From contig OZ241326.1 of the NCBI GenBank assembly GCA_965199855.1, forward strand, positions 160,001-224,000: a stretch of 64,000 nt of DNA, in the 5' to 3' direction. This document shows positions 17,899 through 27,145 of the stretch, piece after piece; the stretch's first letter is position 1; each line of letters starts with the position of its first letter. The DNA comes from a bacterium. Its GTDB lineage: Bacteria > UBA8248. Position numbers and translations under genes: made by a program. Under the pieces are notes generated by a model. It was not told where the DNA came from. It did not search any database and saw only the letters and a list, made by a program, of their open reading frames with translations.

Positions 17899-18864
17899 TC
17901 AACCGGCCCGAATCCGTTTTTGGCGCACCATGCTTCGCATCTTCAGAATCCCCCGACGCGAGGGCAGACCCTCCTGCGCGCCGCGCCTTCTCACGGAGCA
18001 GGCCCCCGCGGCGACGGCGAAGCGAACGGCCTCGCCCATCTCCGCGCCCTCCGCCAGCCTGGCCGCCAGCGCGCCGCAAAAAGCGTCCCCGGCGCCGGTC
18101 GCGTCCGCCGCCTTCACCCCGGCGGGGGGGCGCGTCCAGCAAGCCCCGCTTCCGTCGAGGAGAAAAGCGCCCCTTCTCCCCGCCGTGATGACGACGCGCG
18201 AAGGCCCGAGCGCCCGCAGGGCGCGGGCGGCGCGAAGGAACTCCGCGTCGCTTGCGGGCGCCCCGTCGAGTCCGGCGAGCTCCGCCGCCTCCGTTTCGTT
18301 CGGCGCCAGCACGTCGGCCAGCCGGAACAATTCCTTCGGCGAGTCGCCCGCCGCCGGCGCGGGGTTCAGGACGTTGCGGGCGCCGCGCCTTCTCCCCGCG
18401 CGGAACGCGGCCGCCACGGACGAGGCCGGAACCTCGAGTTGCGCCAGGACGACGGCGCCGAAATCCAGAAGTCCCGGCTTCCTCCTCATGCGTCCGGGCG
18501 TGAGGAGCGCGTTCGCGCCGGGGACCACGGCGATCTGGTTCTCGCCCTCATCGTCCACCAGAATCAGCGCGGCGCCCGTGGGCGACTCGCAGCGCAGAAC
18601 GCCTTCGGGCGGCAGGCCGCTCTCGGTCAGACGGCGCAGATAGGCGTCGCCCGCCGGGTCGCCGCCCAGCATGGTGACGAAGCGCACCTCCGCGCCCGCG
18701 CGCCTGGCCGCCAGCGCCTGGTTGGCGCCTTTTCCGCCCCAATGCTCCCGCCGGCCCTCTCCCAGGACGGTCTCGCCCGGGCGGGGCAGGCTCTCAACGC
18801 GAACCACCACGTCAACGTTCGAGCTCCCCAGCACCAGAACGGCGCTTTTCTCAGCTCCCATCAC
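17899..18864 (-). CDS. rbsK: Ribokinase
   Basis: Motifs GSSNVD, PRPGETV, GGKGANQA, PNETEA, DATGAGDAFCG. Confidence 0.9.
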   Translation of the reverse strand: MMGAEKSAVLVLGSSNVDVVVRVESLPRPGETVLGEGRREHWGGKGANQALAARRAGAEVRFVTMLGGDPAGDAYLRRLTESGLPPEGVLRCESPTGAALILVDDEGENQIAVVPGANALLTPGRMRRKPGLLDFGAVVLAQLEVPASSVAAAFRAGRRRGARNVLNPAPAAGDSPKELFRLADVLAPNETEAAELAGLDGAPASDAEFLRAARALRALGPSRVVITAGRRGAFLLDGSGACWTRPPAGVKAADATGAGDAFCGALAARLAEGAEMGEAVRFAVAAGACSVRRRGAQEGLPSRRGILKMRSMVRQKRIRAG

Positions 18865-19877
18865 TTCTCATCGGCGTCCCAGCCGCGATATTCGCGCAGA
18901 CGCGACAGGAAGAACGACAGGAAGCCCTTCGCGTCCACTTCCAGCGCCACGTCCACCGGACGCTCGACGCGCCGCCCCGCGCTTTCCCTCAAGTCCACCA
19001 GCGTCATTCCGCGCGCGAGGCCCCTGCCGGCGTCCACGTCCACGCGGCAGGGTCTGGTCTCCACGAAGTCCGGCCTCATCGCGACGGCGAGGGCCAGCGG
19101 GTCGTGCAGGGTGATGTCGTCCGCCCCTCTCGTTCGCCTGGCGAACCGCGCATACGTCCGGACGAGATCCCGAAGCGCCGCCCGAAACGACCCGCCTCCC
19201 TCCAGCTCATCGACGCGAAGACGGGCGCGCCTCGTGACGTCGAGGCCCACCATGGTGACGGGCAGGCCCGATGAGAACACTTCGGCGGCGGCGCGCGGGT
19301 CGCAGTAGATGTTGAACTCGGCCGCGGGCGTCACGTTCCCGGGCATTCTCGCGGCGCCCCCCATGACGACGATTCGCCGCGCGCGGGCGAGCGCCCCGGG
19401 CGCGCGCCGCAGCGCCAGCGCCAGATTCGTCAGCGGCCCCAAGGTGATGATGGTCAGCGCCGGGCCCCGCTCGCGCGCCTGCTCGACGATCACCTCCCAG
19501 GCGGGCCTTGCGCTCCCCCCGCCCAGGGGAGGCGGGCGGCGCCTCTTCCCGAACAGTGCTCCCAGGCCGTCCGCCCCGTGAATCATGCGCGCCCCGCCAC
19601 GGTTCAGCCGGCTTCCGTCCAGGGCCAGCGCCGCGCCCCGACAGACGGGAGCCTCCGGGCCGGGGCGTTCGAGGCGCTCCCGAAGGAACGCCGTGAGCCT
19701 TCTCGCGTTCCGGTAGGCCAGACGCGTGGAAACGTTGCCGTGAGAGGTCGTTACCGCGGCGTATTGAAAAAAGGAGGAGGCGAAGCCCATCGCCAGCGCC
19801 AGGGCGTCGTCCACGCCCGGGTCGCAATCCACCAGGGCGTATCGCGGGACGGATTCCCTCTTCTCTCTTGTCGGCAA
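18861..19877 (-). CDS. Inosine-uridine preferring nucleoside hydrolase
   Basis: Motifs DCDPGVDD, HGADGLG, GPLTNLA, GNVTPAAEFNIYCDP, LHDP. TTG start at 19877 has a GGAGG RBS. Confidence 0.9.
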   Translation of the reverse strand: MPTREKRESVPRYALVDCDPGVDDALALAMGFASSFFQYAAVTTSHGNVSTRLAYRNARRLTAFLRERLERPGPEAPVCRGAALALDGSRLNRGGARMIHGADGLGALFGKRRRPPPLGGGSARPAWEVIVEQARERGPALTIITLGPLTNLALALRRAPGALARARRIVVMGGAARMPGNVTPAAEFNIYCDPRAAAEVFSSGLPVTMVGLDVTRRARLRVDELEGGGSFRAALRDLVRTYARFARRTRGADDITLHDPLALAVAMRPDFVETRPCRVDVDAGRGLARGMTLVDLRESAGRRVERPVDVALEVDAKGFLSFFLSRLREYRGWDADEK

Positions 19878-20027
19878 GGCGCGTCCTCCTCTCGCATCCG
19901 GAGAATATACATCATATCGCGCGGACGCTCCGCTTCGCCTCCGCGAACGATGATATGCCGCCCGGCGACGCGAGAGCCGCGCCGCACGCGCGGAATCCGG
20001 GACAATGCGGTTCGGCAAAGACAAGCA

Positions 20028-20126
20028 TATCAATGCGTTAGCCTGAAAATCCCCCGAAATTCCATTATTTTCATTACCGCCTCCCGCTCCCGCGATTCAT
20101 TCAACTCATTAAAAATCAATCCGTTG
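20028..20126 (+). promoter_or_regulatory. Two IHF-consensus sites
   Basis: TATCAATGCGTTA (20028-20040) and AATCAATCCGTTG (20114-20126) both match WATCAANNNNTTR. Confidence 0.5.
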
Positions 20127-20149
20127 AAGCGCATCCATCCGCGCGGGAA

Positions 20150-20178
20150 TTGACAAAGCGCGTGTTTTCATATACTTA
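20150..20178 (+). promoter_or_regulatory. Sigma70-like promoter of the hydantoinase operon
   Basis: TTGACA followed by TATACT; spacer is short (15 bp). Confidence 0.45.
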
Positions 20179-20279
20179 TATCCCGCTTTCAGAATTTGCG
20201 TTGCATGGAGCCACCCTGAGCGCATGGTGATTCGCTAATCCCGTCTTCCCCGCTTCAGAGGGCTGTCCACAACTCCCAA

Positions 20280-22379
20280 ATGGCCAAATCCGCTTCGTCC
20301 TCCACGTCAAGAAAGCGAATCGTCGCCGCCATCGACATCGGGGGCACGTTCACCGACATCGCGATTTACAGCCCCTCGAACGGCAGAACGGCCGTGGGCA
20401 AATACCTCACGACCCCGAACGACCCCTCCATCGGCGCGCTCGCGGGTCTGCGGACGCTGCTTGACGAGGAGAAGCTGCGCTTCCGCGACCTGGGCCAGGC
20501 GATTCATGCCACCACCCTCGCCACCAACGCCATCATCGAGAAGAAGGGAGCGACCACGGGCCTTCTCGCCACCAAGGGGTTCGCCGACATTCTCCTGATG
20601 GGCCGCGAATCGAGATACGACATCTACGACATCGTGCCCGAATTTCCGGAGCCTCTGGTGCCCGGCCCCTTCCGGCGCGAGCTGACCGAGAGAATCTCCG
20701 CGGCCGGCGACATTCTCCAGCCGCTGAGCGCCCAGGAGGTGAAGGTAACGATTCAGGAGCTCGTCGAGAAGGGGGCGGAATCCATCGCGGTCTGCCTCCT
20801 GCATTCCTACGCCAACCCGGCGCACGAGGACGAAGTCGGCGAGGCGATAGCCCAGTCGTTCCCCGGCGTGAGCTTCAGCCTCTCCTCCCAGGTGTGCCCG
20901 GAGATCAGGGAATACGAGCGCACCTCCACCACGGTGGCCAACGCCTACATTCAGCCCATCGTCTCGAAATACCTCGAAGACCTCGAAGCGAACCTCGAGA
21001 ACGTCTCGCTCTACATCATGCTCTCGAACGGCGGCGTCGCCACGGCGCAGTCCGCCGGGCGGAGTCCGATACGGATGTTCGAGTCGGGGCCCGCGGCGGG
21101 GGCACTCTCCTCGGCCTACTTCGGCAAGCTCGGCGGGTTCGAGAATCTCGTCGCCTTCGACATGGGCGGCACCACCGCCAAGTCGTGCATCATCGAGAAC
21201 GGCGAGCCGCACCTCTCCGTCCAGTTCGAGATCGCCCGCGTCAGGCGCTTCACCAGGGGCAGCGGAATGCCCATCCAGGCGCCGTGCATCGACCTCATCG
21301 AGGTGGGTGCCGGCGGAGGGAGCATCGCGCGAATCGACGACCTGGGCCTGCTGAAGGTCGGGCCCGAAAGCCAGGGGGCGTTCCCCGGGCCGGCCTGCTA
21401 CGGGCTGGGCGGCGAGGAGCCCACGGTGACCGACGCCGACCTGCTGCTCGGCTACATCAACCCGGAATACTTCCTCGGCGGCGAGATGCCCGTCTCCCCC
21501 GAAGCCGCCTCCGAGGCCATCCGAACGAAGATCGCCGAGCCCCTGAAGATGGAGGAGATCGAGGCGGCCTGGGGCGTTCACGAGCTGGTGAACGAGACCA
21601 TGGCCGCCGCCGCGCGCATCAAGCTCTCCGAGCGCGGCAAGGACCCGCGCAACTTCACCCTCATGGCCACCGGCGGCGCCGGCCCCGTCCACGCCTTCCG
21701 GCTCGCGCGCAAGGTGGGGCTGAAGCGCATCGTCTGCCCGCCGGGGGCGGGCGTGGCCTCCAGCCTGGGGCTGCACACCGTCCCCTTCAAGGTGGACGCC
21801 GTGGACAGCCGGGTGATGCCGCTCGAGGAGGTGAACCTCCCCCGGCTGAACGACACGCTCAACCGGCGGGAGAAGCGGATCCGCGAGGTGCTCATCGACG
21901 CGGGCGCGAAGGAGCGCGACATCCGCATCCAGCGCATGGCCGACATCAGCTTCGAGGGACAGGGCTTCCCGCTCACCATTCCCATCCCCGGCGGACGCCT
22001 GAAGAAGAGCCACTTCGGGGTGATCAGCGACACCTACCGGGAGCACTACGCCTCCGCCCACGGGCGCGCCATCAAGGAGGTGCCGCTCCAGGTGTTCGGC
22101 TGGCGCATCTTCGGCATGGGGCCGGAGCCCGGCGTGACCTTCCGCTTCTCGAACCTGCGGGAGAAGGGCGTGAAGACCGCCCAGAAGGGCAGCCGGCGCA
22201 TCTACATGCCGGAGAACAAGGGCTTCCGCAAGGTCAACGTATTCGACCGCTATCTGCTGAAGCCGGGCCAGAGGCTCAAGGGCCCCGCGCTCATAGAGGA
22301 GCGGATGACGACGACGGTCGTCGGGCCGCGCTCGAACTTCCAGGTCGATAAATTCCAGAACCTGATCATCGAACTCTAG
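20280..22379 (+). CDS. Hydantoinase A / 5-oxoprolinase family ATP-dependent subunit
   Basis: Motifs DIGGTFTD, TTLATNA, ESGPAAG, DMGGTT, GAGGGSIA, PGPACY. Confidence 0.93.
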   Translation: MAKSASSSTSRKRIVAAIDIGGTFTDIAIYSPSNGRTAVGKYLTTPNDPSIGALAGLRTLLDEEKLRFRDLGQAIHATTLATNAIIEKKGATTGLLATKGFADILLMGRESRYDIYDIVPEFPEPLVPGPFRRELTERISAAGDILQPLSAQEVKVTIQELVEKGAESIAVCLLHSYANPAHEDEVGEAIAQSFPGVSFSLSSQVCPEIREYERTSTTVANAYIQPIVSKYLEDLEANLENVSLYIMLSNGGVATAQSAGRSPIRMFESGPAAGALSSAYFGKLGGFENLVAFDMGGTTAKSCIIENGEPHLSVQFEIARVRRFTRGSGMPIQAPCIDLIEVGAGGGSIARIDDLGLLKVGPESQGAFPGPACYGLGGEEPTVTDADLLLGYINPEYFLGGEMPVSPEAASEAIRTKIAEPLKMEEIEAAWGVHELVNETMAAAARIKLSERGKDPRNFTLMATGGAGPVHAFRLARKVGLKRIVCPPGAGVASSLGLHTVPFKVDAVDSRVMPLEEVNLPRLNDTLNRREKRIREVLIDAGAKERDIRIQRMADISFEGQGFPLTIPIPGGRLKKSHFGVISDTYREHYASAHGRAIKEVPLQVFGWRIFGMGPEPGVTFRFSNLREKGVKTAQKGSRRIYMPENKGFRKVNVFDRYLLKPGQRLKGPALIEERMTTTVVGPRSNFQVDKFQNLIIEL

Positions 22380-22392
22380 GGGAGGCGCGGAC

Positions 22393-24054
22393 ATGGCCCG
22401 CAAGGGCATTGATTCGATCACGCTGGAGGTTCTCTGGAACCGGCTCATCGCCATCGCCGAGGAGGCGGCCACCGAAATCGTGCGCACCGCCTTCTCCACG
22501 ACGATACGCGAATCGAGAAACTTCGCCGTCCTCATCCTGAACCCGGCCGGGCAGTCCATCGCCCAGGCGCGCTCCACCATGCCCAGCTTCGTGGGTGCGC
22601 TGCCCATCACGGCGAAAAAGCTGCTCGAGATGTTCCCGCCCGAAACGCTCGCCCCCGACGACCTCATCCTCACGAACGACCCCTGGATGGGAACCGGCCA
22701 CCTGCAGGACCTCGCCTCCCTCACGCCCGTGTTCTACAGGAAGCGGCTGGTCGCCCTCATCGGCATCACCACCCAGGTGACGGACATGGGCGGCAAGCTG
22801 CGCTCCCCGGAGGTGCGGGAGATATACGAGGAGGGCCTCCAGCTCCCCCCCTGCAAATACATGTCGGCGGGCCACGTCAACGAGGACATCCTGCGCATCA
22901 TCCGCCACAACGTGCGCGTGCCGAACCAGGTGGAGGGCGACCTGATCTCCCACATGTCCGCCGGGCGGCTCGCCGCCAGGCGCATCGGCGAGATGCTCGG
23001 GGAATACAGGCTCGCCGACCTCGAGGCGCCGGCCGCCACCATCTTCCAGCGCTCGGAAAACGCCATGCGCGAGGCCGTCAAGAAGGTGAAGGACGGCGAA
23101 TACCGCTTCCAGGTGTCCACCGACGGCTACGACGAGCCGCTGGTCATCCGCGTGGAGGTCCGGGTGCGGGGCAGCAGCATCCTGGTGGACTACACGGGCT
23201 CCTCCCCGCAGGTGGACCGCGGCCTCAACTGCGTCCTCAACTACGTCTATTCCTATTCCGCCTACTCCCTCAAATGCCTGTTCTGCCCCCAGGTTCCCAA
23301 CAACGAGGGCAACTTCCGCCCCGTGACGGTCTCGGCGCCCGAGGGCAGCATCCTGAACCCGCGCTATCCCGCGCCCGTGAACGGCCGCTCCATGGTCGGG
23401 CACTTCATTCCCTCGGCGATCTTCGGCGCGCTGTGCAAGGCGGTTCCCGGCCTCGCGCAGGCGGCCAGCGGCAGCCCCACCTGGGCCATCAACGCGGCGG
23501 GCGTCGCGAAGGAGAGCCGCCGCTTCGCCGGCAACTTCTTCCTGCACGGCGGACAGGGCGCGGCGGACGGGAGCGACGGGCGCGTGTGCCTCGACTTCCC
23601 CTCGAACACCTCGAACACGCCCATCGAAATCCTCGAGCACCTCGTCCCCCTGCTCGTGGAGAGAAAGGCGTCCATCCGCGACAGCGGCGGGGCGGGCAAA
23701 TACGCCGGCGGAAACGGCCAGCAGGTCATCGTGAAGTCGCTCTCCGACGGCCCGATTCTCCTCACCTTCATGAGCGAGCGCACCCGCTACCCCGCCTACG
23801 GGCTTTTCGGCGGGAAGAACGGGCGCGTCGGCAAGGTGACCCTGAACGGACGCCCCATCAACCCCAAGCGCCAGTGGATGATGAACCAGAGCGACCGCCT
23901 CGTCCTGGAGGTTCCGAGCGGGGGCGGCTACGGCGACCCGAAGGATCGCCCCCCGGACGCCGTCGAGCACGACCTGAAGGAGGGCCTGCTCTCCGTCCAG
24001 AAGGCCAGGGCCGAATACAACTACGACGGCGACTTCACCGCCGCCGACGCCTAG
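22393..24054 (+). CDS. Hydantoinase B / 5-oxoprolinase family subunit
   Basis: Motifs RTAFS..IRE, NDPWMGTGHLQD, DSGGAGKYAGG, GGGYGDP. Confidence 0.93.
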   Translation: MARKGIDSITLEVLWNRLIAIAEEAATEIVRTAFSTTIRESRNFAVLILNPAGQSIAQARSTMPSFVGALPITAKKLLEMFPPETLAPDDLILTNDPWMGTGHLQDLASLTPVFYRKRLVALIGITTQVTDMGGKLRSPEVREIYEEGLQLPPCKYMSAGHVNEDILRIIRHNVRVPNQVEGDLISHMSAGRLAARRIGEMLGEYRLADLEAPAATIFQRSENAMREAVKKVKDGEYRFQVSTDGYDEPLVIRVEVRVRGSSILVDYTGSSPQVDRGLNCVLNYVYSYSAYSLKCLFCPQVPNNEGNFRPVTVSAPEGSILNPRYPAPVNGRSMVGHFIPSAIFGALCKAVPGLAQAASGSPTWAINAAGVAKESRRFAGNFFLHGGQGAADGSDGRVCLDFPSNTSNTPIEILEHLVPLLVERKASIRDSGGAGKYAGGNGQQVIVKSLSDGPILLTFMSERTRYPAYGLFGGKNGRVGKVTLNGRPINPKRQWMMNQSDRLVLEVPSGGGYGDPKDRPPDAVEHDLKEGLLSVQKARAEYNYDGDFTAADA

Positions 24055-24062
24055 GCGCCTCC

Positions 24063-25070
24063 GTGCCCCCCCGAAAGCCGTGGGTGGCCGTCGCCTCCAC
24101 GCCCGACCTGCCCGTCGCCATGCCGCCCGTCAGGAAGGCGCTGGCGGGGGTCGCGCCCGTCCGCGCCGTGGCGCTCCCCTTCCGGCCGCTCGGCGAGAAG
24201 GAGGAGGCCGCCTTCGCGCGGGAGCTCGCGGGGGCGGCGGGCGTCCTCCTGCGGTCCGGCCGCCTCACCGCCTCCCTGCTCGCGAGGCTTCCCGACCTCC
24301 GCGTGGCGGCCGTGCACGGCGCGGGGGTGGATCAGGTGGACCTGGAGGCGTGCGCGGCGCGCGGCGTGCGCGTCACCAACGCGCCGGGGGCGAACGCGAA
24401 CGCGGTCGCCGAGATGACGCTGGGCCTCATGCTCTCGCTCGCCAGGCGCATCCCGCAGGCGGCGGCGCGCGTGGGCGGCGAGCGCGTCTGGGGAGAGGCG
24501 CGCCACGCGGGCGTCGAGCTCCGGGGAAGGACGCTGGGGCTCGTGGGCCTGGGGCAGGTGGGGAGCCGGCTGGCGAAGCTGGCGGGCGCGATGGGGATGA
24601 AAGTCCTCGCCCGCGATCCGGGCCTCGCCCGCGAGGAAATCCGGGCGCGCGGGGCGCGGCCCGCCGGGTTCGACGCCCTGCTGCGCCGGGCGGACTTCCT
24701 CTCCCTTCACGCGCCCCTCGCGCCCGGGACGCGCCGCCTCATCGACGCGCGCGCCCTCGCGCGGATGAAGAAGGGCGCGTTCCTCGTCAACGCCGCCCGC
24801 GGCCCGCTGGTGGACGAGCGGGCGCTCGCGCGCGCCCTCCGGAGCGGACGACTCGCCGGCGCCGCGCTCGACGTGCTGGAAGGCGAGCCGCCCGACCCCC
24901 GAAGCCCCATCTTCGACGCGCCGGGCCTCATCCTCACCCCGCACATGGCGGGCTCCACGCGGGAGTGCCTGGAGGCCGTCGCCGCCCGCGCGGGCGCGGA
25001 CATCGCGCGCGTCCTCACGGGCCGAAGACCCAGACACCCCGTGAGCGCGCCCGAGCGAAAGCCCGCCTGA
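24063..25070 (+). CDS. D-isomer-specific 2-hydroxyacid dehydrogenase (SerA-like)
   Basis: Motifs GAGVDQVD, NAVAE, GLVGLGQVG, NAARG, ALDV..EP, TPHMAG. Start codon approximate. Confidence 0.9.
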   Translation: MPPRKPWVAVASTPDLPVAMPPVRKALAGVAPVRAVALPFRPLGEKEEAAFARELAGAAGVLLRSGRLTASLLARLPDLRVAAVHGAGVDQVDLEACAARGVRVTNAPGANANAVAEMTLGLMLSLARRIPQAAARVGGERVWGEARHAGVELRGRTLGLVGLGQVGSRLAKLAGAMGMKVLARDPGLAREEIRARGARPAGFDALLRRADFLSLHAPLAPGTRRLIDARALARMKKGAFLVNAARGPLVDERALARALRSGRLAGAALDVLEGEPPDPRSPIFDAPGLILTPHMAGSTRECLEAVAARAGADIARVLTGRRPRHPVSAPERKPA

Positions 25071-25213
25071 GCCGCCCGGCCGCCGGATGAGCGGCGCCGC
25101 CTCCGAAAGCGCTCCCGATTCGCCCGAAATCGCCCCCTGCCGTCGCCGCCGATTTTCTCAACCTATTGTAAATGCTTCGGTTTCGCTTATGCGCCGCGCC
25201 CCGAAGGGGGCGT

Positions 25214-25297
25214 GAATTTGTCGAAAAAGGTCGTGAATTTGCGGGATAAAGCTTTGAATTTGCGGAAAAAGGCCAGGAATTTGTCGAAAAAGCCCGT
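25214..25297. repeat. Four tandem 21-bp direct repeats
   Basis: GAATTTGTCGAAAAAGGTCGT / GAATTTGCGGGATAAAGCTTT / GAATTTGCGGAAAAAGGCCAG / GAATTTGTCGAAAAAGCCCGT. Confidence 0.85.
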
Positions 25298-25756
25298 CCA
25301 TGCGCTCGCCATCGCCCGCTTCCGCAAAGCGCGCGGCGGGGGGTCGGGAAGCCCCCGAAGCGGCGGCGGGAGAAGCGCGAAGGCGGACGCCGCCTTCCCG
25401 GGCGATGGGCGGGGGCCTCGCCCGCCTGCGCGGGCTGCGGCGCCGGCCTCCGTCGCCCCGCCCGCCTTCCGTCGCTCCGGGAGCCGCTCGCTTCCCGGCC
25501 TCGGGTCCGCGGGGTCGCGCGCCGGGCGGCCGTCTCCGGCGCGCGCGCATTCTGGCGCGGACGGAAGCGAACCCGAAACGCGCAAATGCGGGCAAATGCG
25601 CGCGAAGGGGGGAATTGTCTTTCCCGCGCGCTTGTTTTAGAATGGCGACAGCGCATTTGACGCGCGCTGAGCATGTCATCGCCCTTACAGGAAAGAGAAA
25701 TGCGCCCTTGACGCGCCGCCTCCGGCGCTTCGCCCTCGCAGGCAGCGGATGAAAGA

Positions 25757-27106
25757 ATGACGGATCGGGCGATTCTCGATATCCCGGCGATGGAGGCTTC
25801 GCGGGAACTCCGCGCCCCGCAGGCGGCGGCGCCCGATTCCCTTCATCCCTTCCGATACGAACACCCCGACCACGAGAGCCTCCCGCACGTCGTGAAGTTC
25901 TCCGGCGGCCGGACGAGCGGGATGCTGCTGCTCCTTCTTCTCGAGGCGAGCCTCCTGAAGGCGGAGCGCGGCGACGTGGTCGTCTTCAACAACACCTCGG
26001 CGGAGCATCCCAAAACCTATGAATTCGCCCGCCGCTGCAAGGAGTTCGCCGAGCGGAAGCACGGCCTCCCCTTCTTCTGGCTGGAATACCAGACCTACGA
26101 GGACGCCAGGGGCGGCGAATATACGCGCCTTCCGTCCTGGCGCCTCGTGAACGCCGAGCCCCGCTCGGAGTCGAACCCGGAAGGCTATCACTGGCGGGGA
26201 GAGGTGTATGAGGAGCTGCTGTCGTGGACGGGCTTCGTCCCCAATCTCTTTCAGCGCACCTGCACGCAAAGCCTGAAGCTGGAGACGACCCGCGCCTTCC
26301 TCAAGGAATGGTTCGCCGACAGGCCCGGAACCGAGCGCCTGGGGCATTTCGGGAAGGCGAGCCGTCTGGAGGACGACGAACTGTATGAGCGCCATCTGCG
26401 CAGCGGCGGCGGCGTGCCCAGGGAGATATTTCTGGAGAAGAAGCGGTTCGCCCGGGAGCGGCCATTTCACAGGCCGGCGCAGCTTTACGCCGATTTTTCC
26501 TCCCCGGCGCGCGGCTTCCAAAGCCCGTATCTGGCCGAAAGCGTCCCGGGAGAGAGCGTCGTCTTCGGAGAGGAGGGGGTGGAGTATCTGAGCTTCGTCG
26601 GTCTGCGGGGCGACGAGCCGCACCGGGTCGCCAGGGTGCGCCGGCGCAACGGCGGCGGGCCGGAATCCGCGGGCTACCGGGGCGAGCGCGCCCGTATGCC
26701 GCTTTTCGACAGGGGCGTCACAAGGGAGGACGTCGAGGATTTCTGGCGAAGGCGGAGCTGGAATCTCGACCTGGATTCCGAAGCCGGCCTTTCCAACTGC
26801 GCCTTCTGCTTTCTGAAGGGCGTCGGCGCGCTTCAGAACGCCCGCGCCGCCCTCGGCGCCGAAGCGGAGGAGGAGCTCAGGGATACGCCCTGCGATTTGA
26901 ACTGGTGGGTGGCGCTGGAGCGAAAATACGGGCGGGATCTGAAAGCCGAAAAGCGGACGACCGCGCGGGAGATTCCCGACGACTTCATCGGATTCTTCGG
27001 CGCGTCGAGCGGATTTTCCTACCGACGGCTGGCGGAGGCGCCGATGACGAAGGGCGCCCTCGCCGAATTCGCGGAAAGCGTCCTGCCCTGTGACTGCACG
27101 GATTGA
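25757..27106 (+). CDS. PAPS reductase-like PP-loop protein (SGGRTS type, Cys-rich)
   Basis: Motifs VVKFSGGRTSG, FNNTSAEHPKTYEF, RTCTQSLK, VGLRGDE, SNCAFCFLKG and C-terminal PCDCTD. Confidence 0.82.
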   Translation: MTDRAILDIPAMEASRELRAPQAAAPDSLHPFRYEHPDHESLPHVVKFSGGRTSGMLLLLLLEASLLKAERGDVVVFNNTSAEHPKTYEFARRCKEFAERKHGLPFFWLEYQTYEDARGGEYTRLPSWRLVNAEPRSESNPEGYHWRGEVYEELLSWTGFVPNLFQRTCTQSLKLETTRAFLKEWFADRPGTERLGHFGKASRLEDDELYERHLRSGGGVPREIFLEKKRFARERPFHRPAQLYADFSSPARGFQSPYLAESVPGESVVFGEEGVEYLSFVGLRGDEPHRVARVRRRNGGGPESAGYRGERARMPLFDRGVTREDVEDFWRRRSWNLDLDSEAGLSNCAFCFLKGVGALQNARAALGAEAEEELRDTPCDLNWWVALERKYGRDLKAEKRTTAREIPDDFIGFFGASSGFSYRRLAEAPMTKGALAEFAESVLPCDCTD

Positions 27107-27145
27107 GGCCCGCTCGCGCGACAGGCGGCAAGGAGACCCTATTCA

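Noticed and set aside
25214-25297. CRISPR array
   Set aside because: The units are contiguous 21-mers with no unique spacers, and no cas genes are in the window.
25757-27106. cysH or dndC assignment
   Set aside because: It lacks the SGGKDS and ECGLH-type motifs, and there are no cys, dnd or ssp neighbours.
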